Below are positions 20,933 to 31,020 of a stretch of 64,000 nucleotides of DNA, in pieces. Both the position numbers and the translations under genes were made by a program. Position 1 is the stretch's first letter; every line of letters starts with the position of its first letter. This DNA is from Chloroflexota bacterium (GTDB lineage: Bacteria; Chloroflexota; Anaerolineae; Anaerolineales; DRMV01), in contig DRMV01000033.1 of assembly GCA_011322445.1 (NCBI GenBank), forward strand, positions 6,671 through 70,670. The letters are read 5' to 3'. Under the pieces are notes generated by a model. The model worked only from the letters and a program-made list of their open reading frames with translations, was not told where the DNA came from and ran no database searches.

Positions 20933-21709
20933 ATGGCATCTCACACTCCCGTCATCCTGCTCACCGGCGCGTCGCGCGGTCTGGGCGCGGCTGCAGCACT
21001 GGAAGCCGCCCACCAGGGGGCGCACCTGGTGCTCAACGCCCGTCAGGCAGCGCGGCTGGAAAGCGTGGCCGAGGCCTGCCGCGCGGAAGGCGCGACCGTG
21101 CACACCGTGGTCGGCGACATCGGCGAAGAAGCCACCGCCCGCCGCATGGTCGAAACAGCAGCCGAAGCCTTTGGCCGCCTCGATGCCGTGATTCACAACG
21201 CGGGCGTGCTGCCGCCCATTGCACCCATCGCCAAGGCCGACCTGGCAGCGTGGGAAGCCAACTGGCGAGTCAACTTCCTGGCGGCGGTGGCGCTGCTGCG
21301 GCACGGCATTCCTCTGCTGCGGGAAAGCCACGGACGGGCCGTGTTGGTTTCCAGCGGGGCGGCCATTCACGCCTACCCCACGTGGGGGGCCTATTGCAGC
21401 GCCAAAGCCGCCCTCAACCACTTCACCGCCGTCCTTGCTGCCGAAGAGCCTGACATCACCGCCCTGGCCTTCCGCCCCGGCATTGTGGATACCGACATGC
21501 AGGCCGACATTCGCACGCAGGGGCAAGGGGTCATGCCACCAGATTTACACGCCAAATTCCTCGCCTATCAGCGAGAAGGCCGCTTGCAGCCCCCGGAGGT
21601 TGTGGCGCGGCCGCTGATTGCCGTCGCCCTGCACGCCCCCCACGCGTGGAGCGGCCGCTTCGTGGCTTATTACGACGCCGACGTGCAACAACTGATGCAA
21701 GAAACCTGA
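20933..21709 (+). CDS. SDR family NAD(P)-dependent oxidoreductase
   Basis: [31 protein letters not shown]. Confidence 0.9.
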   Translation: MASHTPVILLTGASRGLGAAAALEAAHQGAHLVLNARQAARLESVAEACRAEGATVHTVVGDIGEEATARRMVETAAEAFGRLDAVIHNAGVLPPIAPIAKADLAAWEANWRVNFLAAVALLRHGIPLLRESHGRAVLVSSGAAIHAYPTWGAYCSAKAALNHFTAVLAAEEPDITALAFRPGIVDTDMQADIRTQGQGVMPPDLHAKFLAYQREGRLQPPEVVARPLIAVALHAPHAWSGRFVAYYDADVQQLMQET

Positions 21710-21804
21710 ACAGCAGGCAGACAAATGCTCCACATACTGCCTTCCGATGGTATACTTCAAGAGGAGAAACTGCCACTCAAAACACCCCGCTTCGGAGGAA
21801 TGCC

Positions 21805-22731
21805 ATGAAACGCGACTTCATCGCCATTGCCGATTACAGCGCGGCCGAACTGCAAGAAATGCTGGAACTGGCGCTGTTGCTCAAACAAGAATGGAAAACC
21901 GGCGGGAACAAGCCTGTCTTGAAAGGCAAATCGCTGGCGCTCATCTTCCAAAAGCCCAGTTTGCGCACTCGCGTGTCGTTTGAAATGGCGATGGTGCATC
22001 TGGGCGGCTACGCCTTTTACCTCAGCCCGCAGGAAATCGGCCTCGGCAAGCGGGAATCCATCGCCGACGTGGCCCGGGTGATTTCCGGCTACGCGGATGG
22101 GGTCATGGCCCGCGTCTTCGCCCACGAGCATGTGGTCGAACTGGCCCGCTGGGCCGACGTGCCGGTCATCAACGGCCTGAGCGACTACAACCACCCCGCC
22201 CAGGGCTTCACCGACGCCTTCACCATCTACGAACACTTTGGCACCGTCAAAGACCTCAACATCACCTTCATTGGCGATGGCAACAACGTCGCGGTTTCGC
22301 TGATGCACATTGTCGCCAAACTGGGCGGCCACTTCACCTGGGCAGGGCCGGAAGGGTACGAACTGCCCGAAAAAGCCATCACCGAAGCGCAAAAGTTCGC
22401 TGACGAAAGCGGCAGCCGCCTGCGCTTCCTGCACGACCCGCACGAAGCCGTGAAAGACGCCGATGTGATTTACACCGACACATGGGTCAGCATGGGCGAA
22501 GAGGCCGAAGCCGAGAAACGCAAGCGCGTCTTCCCGCCTTATCAGGTCAACGCAGCGCTGGTTGCCGAAGCCAAACCCGAAGTGGTGGTCATGCACTGTC
22601 TGCCCGCCCACCGCGGTGAGGAAATCACCGACGAAGTGGCCGACGGGCCACATTCGCTGCTCTTCCGGCAGGCGCATAACAGATTGCACGCCCAAAAGGC
22701 CATTCTGGCCCGCCTGCTGGGTGGGTTGTAA
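21805..22731 (+). CDS. argF: Ornithine carbamoyltransferase
   Basis: [47 protein letters not shown]. Confidence 0.92.
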   Translation: MKRDFIAIADYSAAELQEMLELALLLKQEWKTGGNKPVLKGKSLALIFQKPSLRTRVSFEMAMVHLGGYAFYLSPQEIGLGKRESIADVARVISGYADGVMARVFAHEHVVELARWADVPVINGLSDYNHPAQGFTDAFTIYEHFGTVKDLNITFIGDGNNVAVSLMHIVAKLGGHFTWAGPEGYELPEKAITEAQKFADESGSRLRFLHDPHEAVKDADVIYTDTWVSMGEEAEAEKRKRVFPPYQVNAALVAEAKPEVVVMHCLPAHRGEEITDEVADGPHSLLFRQAHNRLHAQKAILARLLGGL

Positions 22732-22738
22732 CGGACTG

Positions 22739-22771
22739 AGCCGCGGCACCCTCCCCAGCCGCGGCTTTTTT
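22739..22771 (+). terminator. Intrinsic terminator after argF
   Basis: AGCCGCGGC-10nt-GCCGCGGCT followed by a T run. Confidence 0.75.
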
Positions 22772-22802
22772 CTTCGCTTTTCCTGTCACGAGGAGCGTTC
22801 CC

Positions 22803-23891
22803 ATGAACATCTGCATTCCCAAAGAACGTCGTCCATTCGAATACCGCGTCGGGCTGTCCCCCCACGGCGTCCACACCCTGGTGCAACACGGCCACACGGT
22901 GTATGTGGAACATGAAGCAGGCAAAGGCGCAGGCTTCTGCGACGAAGATTACGAGCGCGCCGGCGCCCGCATTGTCTATTCCCCTCACGAAGTTTTTGGC
23001 CGTGCCGACCTGTTGGTCAAAGTCGGTCGGCCGCTGATGGAAGAAATCCAATGGCTGCAACCCGGAGCCATCATCATGGGGTTACTGCATCTGGCTTCGG
23101 CACGACACAACAAAATCACCTACATGCTGGAAAACGACATCACCGCGGTGGCGTTAGAGCAAATCGAAACCGAAGACGGTGACCGCCCGGTGCTCAAGCC
23201 CATGAGCCGGATTGGGGGGCTGATGGCCGTCCAGGTGGCAGCCCGTCTGCTGCAAAACAACCACGGCGGCAAAGGCATCTTGCTGGGCGGGTTGCCCGGC
23301 GTTCCGCCGGCCGAAGTGGTCGTCATCGGTGCGGGCGTAGTCGGCACCTGTGCCACGCGGGGCTTCCTGGGATTGGGCGCTCACGTCACTGTGCTGGACA
23401 TCAACCAAAAAGCCCTGGAACGCATTTTCCAGGCCTTTCCACAAGTGGGCACCCTGCCCGCCACCCCCTACAACGTGGCCCGTACACTCTCTTTCGCCGA
23501 TGTGGTGGTCTGCGGCGTGCTCAAGCCCGGCGAACGTGCACCGCTCATCATCACCCGCGAGATGATCAAAAGCATGAAACCGCGCGCTTTGCTACTCGAT
23601 GTCAGCATCGACCAGGGCGGCTGCGCAGCCACCTCACGACCGACCACACACGACCGCCCCACCTACATTGATGAAGGCGTGATTCACTACGCTGTGCCTA
23701 ACATGCCCGGCGTTGTCGCGCGCACCGCGACCCACGCCCTCGTCACGGCAGCCATGCCCTACATTCTCGCCATCGCCAACAAGGGCATCGCCCGCGCCAT
23801 GGTCGAAAACCCAGCCCTCGCGCGCGCCATCAACACCTACAAAGGTGAACTGCGCAACCTGAGCCTGCTTACGCCCGCCGAGGAGAAGTGA
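22803..23891 (+). CDS. ald: Alanine dehydrogenase-like protein (altered active site)
   Basis: IPKE..EYRV, LHLA, GILLGGLPGV, IGAGVVG, DVSIDQGGC, YAVPNMPG. Confidence 0.82.
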   Translation: MNICIPKERRPFEYRVGLSPHGVHTLVQHGHTVYVEHEAGKGAGFCDEDYERAGARIVYSPHEVFGRADLLVKVGRPLMEEIQWLQPGAIIMGLLHLASARHNKITYMLENDITAVALEQIETEDGDRPVLKPMSRIGGLMAVQVAARLLQNNHGGKGILLGGLPGVPPAEVVVIGAGVVGTCATRGFLGLGAHVTVLDINQKALERIFQAFPQVGTLPATPYNVARTLSFADVVVCGVLKPGERAPLIITREMIKSMKPRALLLDVSIDQGGCAATSRPTTHDRPTYIDEGVIHYAVPNMPGVVARTATHALVTAAMPYILAIANKGIARAMVENPALARAINTYKGELRNLSLLTPAEEK

Positions 23892-23894
23892 CCG

Positions 23895-25205
23895 ATGGAC
23901 TGGAATAAAATTTACCGCTCGCGCATTGTCAGTGCAGAAGAGGCCGTGGCGGTCGTCAAGTCGCACCAGCGCATTTTCCTGACCGGCAACTGCTCAACGC
24001 CTCAGGTGCTGCTTAAAGCACTGGTCAAGCGCGCCCCCGAACTGGAGGACGTCGAAATCGCTCAGGCGCTTACGGTCGGCACGACCGAATACGTGGCCCC
24101 GGAAATGGAAGGTCACCTGCGGGTGAACACGATGTTCATCAGCGACAACATCCGCAAAGCCGTGCAAGAAGGCCGCGCCGATTTCACGCCGGTGTTCCTT
24201 TCCGAATTCCCTCACCTTTTCCGCGATGGCATCTTGCCGGTTGACGTCGCCTTTGTGCATCTTTCGCCGCCCGACGAACACGGCTTCTGCAGTTTCGGCG
24301 TGGAAGTGGGGCTCACCAAAACCGCGGCAGAATCGGCCAAAATCATCATCGCCGAAATCAACGAGCAAATGCCGCGCACCCTGGGCGACTCCTTCATCCA
24401 CGTCAGCCGCCTCGATTACATCGTGCCGGTCAATTACCCCCTGGTGGAAGTCAGCATGGCCGCCAAAGGCGACCCCGAAGTGGTAGAACGCATTGCCCAA
24501 TACATTGCCGACCTGATTCCCGATGGGGCGACCATGCAAATGGGCATCGGCGCTATCCCCGATGCTGTGCTGCGCTACCTGACCGACAAAAAAGACCTCG
24601 GCGTGCACACCGAGTTGTTCTCCGATGGTGTGATGGACCTGGTCGAAAAAGGCGTGCTCACGGGCGCGCGCAAAACCCTGCACCCCGGCAAGATCATCGC
24701 GGGGTTCATTCTGGGAACGCACAAACTCTATGACTGGATTGACAACAATCCTATGATTGAGTTGCATCCCACGGAATACGTCAACGACCCCTTCATCATT
24801 GCCCAAAACGACCGCATGGTCGCCATCAACTCAGCCATCGAAGTGGACCTCACCGGCCAGGTTTGCGCCGACAGCATCGGGCCGAAACTTTACAGCGGCG
24901 TGGGCGGCCAGTTGGACTTCATCTACGGTGCTTCGCGCGCCAAGGAGGGCGTACCCATCATCGCCTTGCCCAGCCTGGCCATTACCCGCAGCGGCAAGCG
25001 CTTCAGCCGCATTACCGCGATGCTCAAACAAGGCGCGGGGGTGGTCACCACCCGCAACCACGTTCACTACGTGGTCACCGAATATGGTGTTGCCAACCTT
25101 TACGGCAAGTCTATTCGCCAGCGGGCGCAGGAACTCATCCGCATCGCCCACCCCGACTTCCGTGACGAGCTGACCCACCAGGCCAAAAAGCTCAACTACC
25201 TGTAA
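23895..25205 (+). CDS. Acetyl-CoA hydrolase/transferase family CoA-transferase (4-hydroxybutyrate CoA-transferase-like)
   Basis: DGATMQMGIGAIP, LGVHTELFSDG, SGVGGQLDF, VVTEYGVA, IAHPDFR. Confidence 0.92.
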   Translation: MDWNKIYRSRIVSAEEAVAVVKSHQRIFLTGNCSTPQVLLKALVKRAPELEDVEIAQALTVGTTEYVAPEMEGHLRVNTMFISDNIRKAVQEGRADFTPVFLSEFPHLFRDGILPVDVAFVHLSPPDEHGFCSFGVEVGLTKTAAESAKIIIAEINEQMPRTLGDSFIHVSRLDYIVPVNYPLVEVSMAAKGDPEVVERIAQYIADLIPDGATMQMGIGAIPDAVLRYLTDKKDLGVHTELFSDGVMDLVEKGVLTGARKTLHPGKIIAGFILGTHKLYDWIDNNPMIELHPTEYVNDPFIIAQNDRMVAINSAIEVDLTGQVCADSIGPKLYSGVGGQLDFIYGASRAKEGVPIIALPSLAITRSGKRFSRITAMLKQGAGVVTTRNHVHYVVTEYGVANLYGKSIRQRAQELIRIAHPDFRDELTHQAKKLNYL

Positions 25206-25253
25206 GTCGCGTGTGCTACTGCCACCTCGTGGCACAACCAGAAGGCAAAAACC

Positions 25254-26711
25254 ATGAACTTTCATCGTCGGAATGTCAAAATCGTCGCCACCGTCGGCCC
25301 CGCCAGCGAAGACGAGGCCACGCTGCGGGCACTCATCGCCGCGGGGGTGGATGTCGTGCGGCTCAACTTTTCCCACGGCACGCACGAACAACACGCCGCG
25401 GTGCTGCACCGTGTTCGGGAAATCAGCCACCGGCTGGGGAAAGCCGTAGCCGTTTTGCAAGACCTGCAAGGGCCCAAAATCCGCGTGGGGCAACTTCCCA
25501 CAGAGCCGCTCGCTCTGCACGCCGGTGAAACCGTCATCCTTTACCCTGAAAACGCCCCCCCGCCGGAGGAGGCCGACACCAAAGCCATTCCGGTTGATTT
25601 CCCCGATCTGCCGCGAGTCGCCCACCCCGGCGGCCGCATCTTGCTGGACGACGGGCACCTGGAACTGCACACCCTCACCGTAGAAAAACCGTGGGTGCGG
25701 GCAAAAGTGGTGCTGGGCGGCGAACTGCGTTCCCACAAAGGCATCAACTTCCCCGGCACACCGCTTGACATTCCCGGCTTCACCGCCAAAGACGAGCGCG
25801 ATCTGGCCTTTGGCCTGGAACAGGGCGTGGACGCGGTGGCGGTTTCCTTCGTGCGCAGCGCCGCCGACATTGCTCGGGTGCGCCAGGCCATCGCGCAAAT
25901 GGCGCCCGACCAAACCGACCTCCCCATCATCGCCAAACTGGAACGCCCCGAGGCCCTGCAAAACCTGCACGAAATCATCCACGCTGCCGACGGCGTGATG
26001 GTGGCCCGCGGCGACCTGGGCGTGGAACTCCCCCCCCAACGGGTACCCATCGCGCAAAAAGAAATCATCACGATGGCCAACCACCATGCCAAACTGGTCA
26101 TCACCGCTACCCAAATGCTGGATTCCATGATTCACGCGCCGCGCCCCACCCGCGCCGAAGCCTCAGATGTAGCCAACGCGGTGTTCGACGGCACCGACGC
26201 GGTCATGCTTTCCGGCGAAACGGCAGTGGGCGACTACCCGGTGGAAGCCGTCAAAATGATGGATGCCATCGTGCAGGAAGCCGAAGGGCACTTCACGCAA
26301 TGGGGGCACTTGGCCGAAATCGAAACCAGCGCAACCCGCGACGACGCCCGCTCCCTTACCCGCGCCGCCCGCGAACTGGCCCACGAGCGAGACGTGGCGG
26401 CCATTGCCGTCTTCACCCAAACCGGACGCACCGCGGTGCTCATGTCCAAAGCGCGCCCGCGGGTGCCCATCTTCGCTTTCACCCCTGAAGAATCGACTTA
26501 CCGCCGCCTGAGCATGTATTGGGGCGTCATTCCCCAACAGGTGCCCTTCGCCAACACGGTCGAGACCATGTTGCGGCACGTGGAAGCCGCCTTGCGGGCT
26601 ACAACGCCCATCGAGCCGGGGCAACAGGTTGTGGTCATCTCAGGGTTCCCCGTCGGCGCCATGCGACCGCCCAACTTCGCTTTGCTGCACACCGTCGGGG
26701 AAGCCGGGTAA
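25254..26711 (+). CDS. pyk: Pyruvate kinase
   Basis: KIVATVGPAS, RLNFSHG, DLQGPKIR, MVARGDLGVE, TATQMLDSM, MLSGETA. Confidence 0.97.
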   Translation: MNFHRRNVKIVATVGPASEDEATLRALIAAGVDVVRLNFSHGTHEQHAAVLHRVREISHRLGKAVAVLQDLQGPKIRVGQLPTEPLALHAGETVILYPENAPPPEEADTKAIPVDFPDLPRVAHPGGRILLDDGHLELHTLTVEKPWVRAKVVLGGELRSHKGINFPGTPLDIPGFTAKDERDLAFGLEQGVDAVAVSFVRSAADIARVRQAIAQMAPDQTDLPIIAKLERPEALQNLHEIIHAADGVMVARGDLGVELPPQRVPIAQKEIITMANHHAKLVITATQMLDSMIHAPRPTRAEASDVANAVFDGTDAVMLSGETAVGDYPVEAVKMMDAIVQEAEGHFTQWGHLAEIETSATRDDARSLTRAARELAHERDVAAIAVFTQTGRTAVLMSKARPRVPIFAFTPEESTYRRLSMYWGVIPQQVPFANTVETMLRHVEAALRATTPIEPGQQVVVISGFPVGAMRPPNFALLHTVGEAG

Positions 26712-26752
26712 ACGCCAGACCACGCCGGTTCTCAACACTCCCCTCTATACAA

Positions 26753-26779
26753 AAAGCCCGAGGAAGCACCTCGGGCTTT
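26753..26779. terminator. Bidirectional terminator
   Basis: AAAGCCCGAGG-AAGCA-CCTCGGGCTTT. Confidence 0.8.
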
Positions 26780-26816
26780 CTGCATCATCGAAGGCAGTCA
26801 TCGGCAAGGGGGAACC

Positions 26817-28835
26817 TTATGCAGCCTCTTCAGGTTGCACCAACCCCAGAATGCTGCTGCCGGGTTGCGGGTTCATGGCCGCGACGGCCTCCAGCACCAA
26901 CAGGCCCGCGGTGGTCACCGCGTTCTTGCCGACAAAGCCAGCCACGCGAGCAGCCTTGAGTGCATCGTCAAAGGCTTCCTTGCTCAGGCCACTGCGCTTC
27001 CAGGCTTCCTTGATGTTACGCGGCAGGATGCGCACTTTGCGTTCTTTGACGTAGAGGGTGCCTGCTTCCCGCAGAGCCTGCAACACCCGCACCATCACCG
27101 GCGTGATGGGGTTGCCAAAGCCCTCCGGCACGCCCGCGAGGGCCTCATCCAGCAGTTCGCCAGGGGCGGTTTCGACGATGTTGCCGTCGGGCAAAATTTC
27201 AATGAGATGCCGGGCTTCGAGTTTCTCCAGCGCCCAGCGAATGCGCTCCGTAGATTCGCCCCGCTTTTCCAGTTGCGCGTACACCTCGTCTTCGGTCACA
27301 CCGCGCGCGGGGATGGTGTGGAACACCTCCAGTTCAAAGCGGGTAAGCAACGGCTTGCGCTGCAGGGTTTCGGCCAGGCGGGCATACATCCAACCGCTGC
27401 GGGTCGGTTCAGCCGAGCCGATGAGATGGGCGTCATAGGCTTGCTGCCACCAATCTTTGGCTGGCGCGGAGAACATCTTGCGGGTCATGGTGATGGCTTT
27501 GACCGCGGTCGAAGGGATGTCCCGCGGGTTGTCGCCCTGCTCTTCCAGCACTGCGCGGCCAAAGTCGGTCAGGTGGAACACTTCGCGGCCGCGGGCATCT
27601 TCTTCGCTGGCCAGCAGGTCGAAAGATTCCAGGCTGTAAAGGGTCTCCCGCAGGGTGAAGTTGTCATCATACCAGCGTGCCAGATCTTTGGCCTCGGCAA
27701 ACTTCTGGGCAATGGTCTGATATTTGCGGGGCATCTCCTTGATGCGGCGGCCATATTTCTCCAGCAATTTGCGATATTCGGCGGCCTTGCGGTCAACCAT
27801 CTCACGGCGCAGGCGCTTGAACGTGGGAATTTCCTCTTCGTTGCCGGTTTCGTCATATTTCTTCCACAACGCGGCCAAGGTTTGGAGCACTTCCACTTCT
27901 TCGGCCTCGATGGCCAGTGTCCAGACGTCCTTCCGCGGGCCGCCGTGCCACAGACGGAACGCCTCCAGCGCCCATTCACCCGCCGGGAGCAGTTCACCTT
28001 CAGTGTCCAGGTAACCCAACGACTGCAAAAGAGCCAGCCCCTCCGAACCAACATCTTCCCCATCCACATGCTGGGCCAACAGCCAAAGCAAGTCGCCCGA
28101 AAGCACCGTGCCTTCGCCAAAGCCACCAGCCTGCAAGGCTCGCTTGACAGCCTGCCCCAACGCGGTGAAGGCCACCCCTTCAGAAACGGGCACGCTGTAA
28201 GCAATCAGGCGCATGGCTTCCAGCAGGTGCTCTTCGTGGGAACCCAAAGGCAGACGGCTGGCCGGGGCAGGCCCAATGGGCGCACTGCGGATGAAGTTGG
28301 CCAGTTGGTCGTCTACAATGAGGTGCGGACGGGCTTGATGGTAAATTTCCAACACAGTGCGCCCGGCTTCGCTGAGCACCACGTATTCCTTCTTCTTGGT
28401 CCGGTCCCAGATCCGCACGGCCAGGCCACGGCTCAAGAGGGCTTCTTCGGCCTTAGGGCCCACACGGTCAGCCCGAGCAGCAGCATCCAGCATCGCGATG
28501 ACTTCACTACCAATCCAGCGCCAATCTTCCGGCCAGTTTTCCGGGGTATCCAACCCACGGCCTTCGCGAATGACCCATTCGCCGCCCACCTCGGCTTCGT
28601 CTTCCGCGTAGGGCCTGGGGCCGCGCGCATACAGTTCGCGCAACACCCGGGCCAGGGCCGTCCCTGCATAGGTCAACACCCAACGCACCGGCGTCTGCTG
28701 GCGCACCAGGTCGGCGCGCGCCAGTTCCAGCAACACCGGGTCGTTCTCGCTCGCAAATTCGGTAAACGGTTTACGGTCGTCTTGATCTTGCAAAAGGCGC
28801 TTCAGCGCCAGGGCATGGGTTTTCCTGATGATCAT
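26817..28835 (-). CDS. DUF505-like protein with tandem winged-helix repeats
   Basis: 672 aa, GAGGAGG RBS, eight helix-G[LFY][VI]...T..G signatures; DUF505 assignment from recall, unverified. Confidence 0.75.
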   Translation of the reverse strand: MIIRKTHALALKRLLQDQDDRKPFTEFASENDPVLLELARADLVRQQTPVRWVLTYAGTALARVLRELYARGPRPYAEDEAEVGGEWVIREGRGLDTPENWPEDWRWIGSEVIAMLDAAARADRVGPKAEEALLSRGLAVRIWDRTKKKEYVVLSEAGRTVLEIYHQARPHLIVDDQLANFIRSAPIGPAPASRLPLGSHEEHLLEAMRLIAYSVPVSEGVAFTALGQAVKRALQAGGFGEGTVLSGDLLWLLAQHVDGEDVGSEGLALLQSLGYLDTEGELLPAGEWALEAFRLWHGGPRKDVWTLAIEAEEVEVLQTLAALWKKYDETGNEEEIPTFKRLRREMVDRKAAEYRKLLEKYGRRIKEMPRKYQTIAQKFAEAKDLARWYDDNFTLRETLYSLESFDLLASEEDARGREVFHLTDFGRAVLEEQGDNPRDIPSTAVKAITMTRKMFSAPAKDWWQQAYDAHLIGSAEPTRSGWMYARLAETLQRKPLLTRFELEVFHTIPARGVTEDEVYAQLEKRGESTERIRWALEKLEARHLIEILPDGNIVETAPGELLDEALAGVPEGFGNPITPVMVRVLQALREAGTLYVKERKVRILPRNIKEAWKRSGLSKEAFDDALKAARVAGFVGKNAVTTAGLLVLEAVAAMNPQPGSSILGLVQPEEAA

Positions 28836-28860
28836 GGCATACCTCCTCGAGAACCGCGGC

Positions 28861-29583
28861 TCAGTCTAAGGCCGCGAGCAGTTTTTCGATGCGCTCGGCA
28901 ATATCCACGTCAAACAAGTGGATAGTGGGCACAAGCCAGGTCACGATGTAGCGATCATCACCGTCTTTGTTTTTGCCAAAATACACCAGGGTGAAGCGGC
29001 CAACGTGCGTGCGCTTGCGAATCAAGTCGCCGGCCTCACGCAGCGCGCGGCGCATATGGCTGGGAAGCTGGTCAAAGTCGTAAGCCTTTCCCTGTTCGCC
29101 GCGCTTTTGGATGAACTCGGTGGTCAAACCGCTGGCGTGGAAGGCTTCCAGCAACTTGCCGAAGCCACGTTTCTTGAAGTAGGCCAGCAACAACTCGGCT
29201 GCAGGCAGGGTGAAGAGCAGAGTTTCTTCACCGTGGGCTGCCCGATAATACGCACGGATCACACCACGGCGCTCTTCCAGACCAACGCGCACCAACAAAC
29301 GCGCGCCTTTGGGCAACTGCTTCCAAACTTCCTGGACCTCAAAGGTCTCGCCCTGATCTTCGTAAACATCACCCACGCCGCGGCGATCTTCTTCCCGAGC
29401 CACAAACACGCTCTGGGCACCGCCGCGCAACCCGGAGAGCAAATCAAAACCCCAGGCTTTCAAACTGCGCAGTTTGACTTCGATCTCTGCGGGAATTTCA
29501 TCCCACGCTTCACGCACAAACGTGTTCAGCATGCGCTGATGACGCCGGCGCAGTTCCTCGGCGCTAAGTTTCTTTCGGCCCAT
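28861..29583 (-). CDS. Soluble hypothetical protein, first gene of the DUF505-like operon
   Basis: 240 aa, GAGGAGG RBS, globular composition, 25 bp from the next gene. Confidence 0.8.
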   Translation of the reverse strand: MGRKKLSAEELRRRHQRMLNTFVREAWDEIPAEIEVKLRSLKAWGFDLLSGLRGGAQSVFVAREEDRRGVGDVYEDQGETFEVQEVWKQLPKGARLLVRVGLEERRGVIRAYYRAAHGEETLLFTLPAAELLLAYFKKRGFGKLLEAFHASGLTTEFIQKRGEQGKAYDFDQLPSHMRRALREAGDLIRKRTHVGRFTLVYFGKNKDGDDRYIVTWLVPTIHLFDVDIAERIEKLLAALD

Positions 29584-29647
29584 CGGATTTCCTCCTCAAA
29601 TGTGCGAATTAAAGGTTTTGGAAAGGGGGACAAATAAAGATACCTGC

Positions 29648-29683
29648 AAAACAAAAGCATGCTTTACGAAAGCCATAAGCATG
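29648..29683 (-). terminator. Terminator-like hairpin in the leader of the DUF505-like operon
   Basis: Minus strand CATGCTT-12nt-AAGCATG-C-TTTTGTTTT, 65-100 nt upstream of the ATG. Confidence 0.45.
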
Positions 29684-29946
29684 GCGGGAAAAGGGTAGTT
29701 GCCGTCACGTCATGCCGGGGGCGTTTTCCGCCCACAGCATTTCCATTATGCTTGAGGAACGCAAGATTTTCGTTGGCAAAGCATTAGAAGCGTATTAACC
29801 CCCAATGCAGAAGAAGTGCCGTGCAGCAAAACGAAGGGCACAAAAGACAACACCCCACCTTCCTTCTTCGCACAGCATCCGCGAAAAGGTCCGTCCTTCT
29901 GCGATTGCCCCCTCTTGACCTGCCCCCTTTCAACCCACCAGACGCG

Positions 29947-31020
29947 CTATCCCAACCGCTCAAGCGTCATGTCGTCGCGGCGGTGGGAAGCCAGTAACAG
30001 AGAAACTAACAATGCCACAACACCTACCGCGGCCGTTCCTGCCCCCAAAAGCCGCAAAGGCGACAAAATGCGCGCAACATAAAACGCCACCGTTCCTTGC
30101 AAACTGGCCTGTGCCCAGGCAGGCACCTGAGAGGCTATCTGCCCCATCGTCCACGCCGTGACCATATCGGGAAGCAGCCCCATCACAGCCACCGAGATGC
30201 CCCCCAACAACAAGGTGACGCCAGCCGCCTGCAGCCATCCCTTGAAAGAACGCCCCACCAACAGCACACCCACCAGCCACAAAACCGCCAACGCGGCCAA
30301 AGCGATGTTGACCACCCTGCGCGCCTGCCAGAGATCGTTTTTGACGGATTCCACGTCTTGAAGCGGAACCTGGCGCGGGTCGAGCAAATTGACCGCGTTC
30401 GGGGCAGCATTCACTTCTTCGGTTACAGCGGCGGTGATCATCTGCTCCCACATCTGCCGCGGAGCCCCCAAAGGCACACAAAGAGGCGGCAACGCCCAAT
30501 CATTCCGAATGGTGGCTTCCGCCCAACGGGCTGTTTCCGGCACCGTGCATTCCCGAAACTGGCTCAACAACCAGGAAGTCAGCGGGGTGGCATTAGCCCG
30601 GACGGCTTGCTTCCAGGGCGTCAGCGCGACTTCCACTTTGGGCGGTGCCCCGGGGGTCTTCAACCACAGCATCAGGGCATTTGCCCCCTGGGCAACCACC
30701 GCGTGCACAGCCTGCTGAGGGGCAACGTACGACACCAGCGTCCGCCACTGGGCCGCGCTCAAAGCATCCAAAGCCCGCCAGAACACCAACGTGCGGTCGC
30801 TGGAAGGCGTTTGCTGAACTTGCTTGTGGACATAGGCTTTCCCCAAACTCGCCAGCGATTCAGGCCCCACCCAATAGGTTTCGACCGCTTCGGCCAGCGT
30901 AGGGGCGTCGTATATGACGTGAAAAGCCCGTTGCGTCACGCCCAGCACCGGCAGGAACAACAACACCCCCAGCAAGATCAACCCGCCCAAGGCTTTTGCC
31001 AGACCATCAAGCACGCGCAT
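29947..31020 (-). CDS. Hypothetical membrane protein (N-terminal TM, helical extracytoplasmic domain with 2 Cys, 3 C-terminal TM)
   Basis: Hydrophobicity pattern; AAGGAGG RBS before MRVLDG. Confidence 0.75.
   Translation of the reverse strand: MRVLDGLAKALGGLILLGVLLFLPVLGVTQRAFHVIYDAPTLAEAVETYWVGPESLASLGKAYVHKQVQQTPSSDRTLVFWRALDALSAAQWRTLVSYVAPQQAVHAVVAQGANALMLWLKTPGAPPKVEVALTPWKQAVRANATPLTSWLLSQFRECTVPETARWAEATIRNDWALPPLCVPLGAPRQMWEQMITAAVTEEVNAAPNAVNLLDPRQVPLQDVESVKNDLWQARRVVNIALAALAVLWLVGVLLVGRSFKGWLQAAGVTLLLGGISVAVMGLLPDMVTAWTMGQIASQVPAWAQASLQGTVAFYVARILSPLRLLGAGTAAVGVVALLVSLLLASHRRDDMTLERLG

Noticed and set aside
21805..22731. N-acetyl or N-succinyl-ornithine carbamoyltransferase because of SLRT and HPAQ variants
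   Set aside because: The ornithine-binding DxxxSMG loop and HCLPAHRG are retained, as in ordinary OTCase
26835..28925. 696-aa plus-strand ORF
   Set aside because: Antisense shadow of the DUF505-like gene; no protein-like features; common in high-GC DNA
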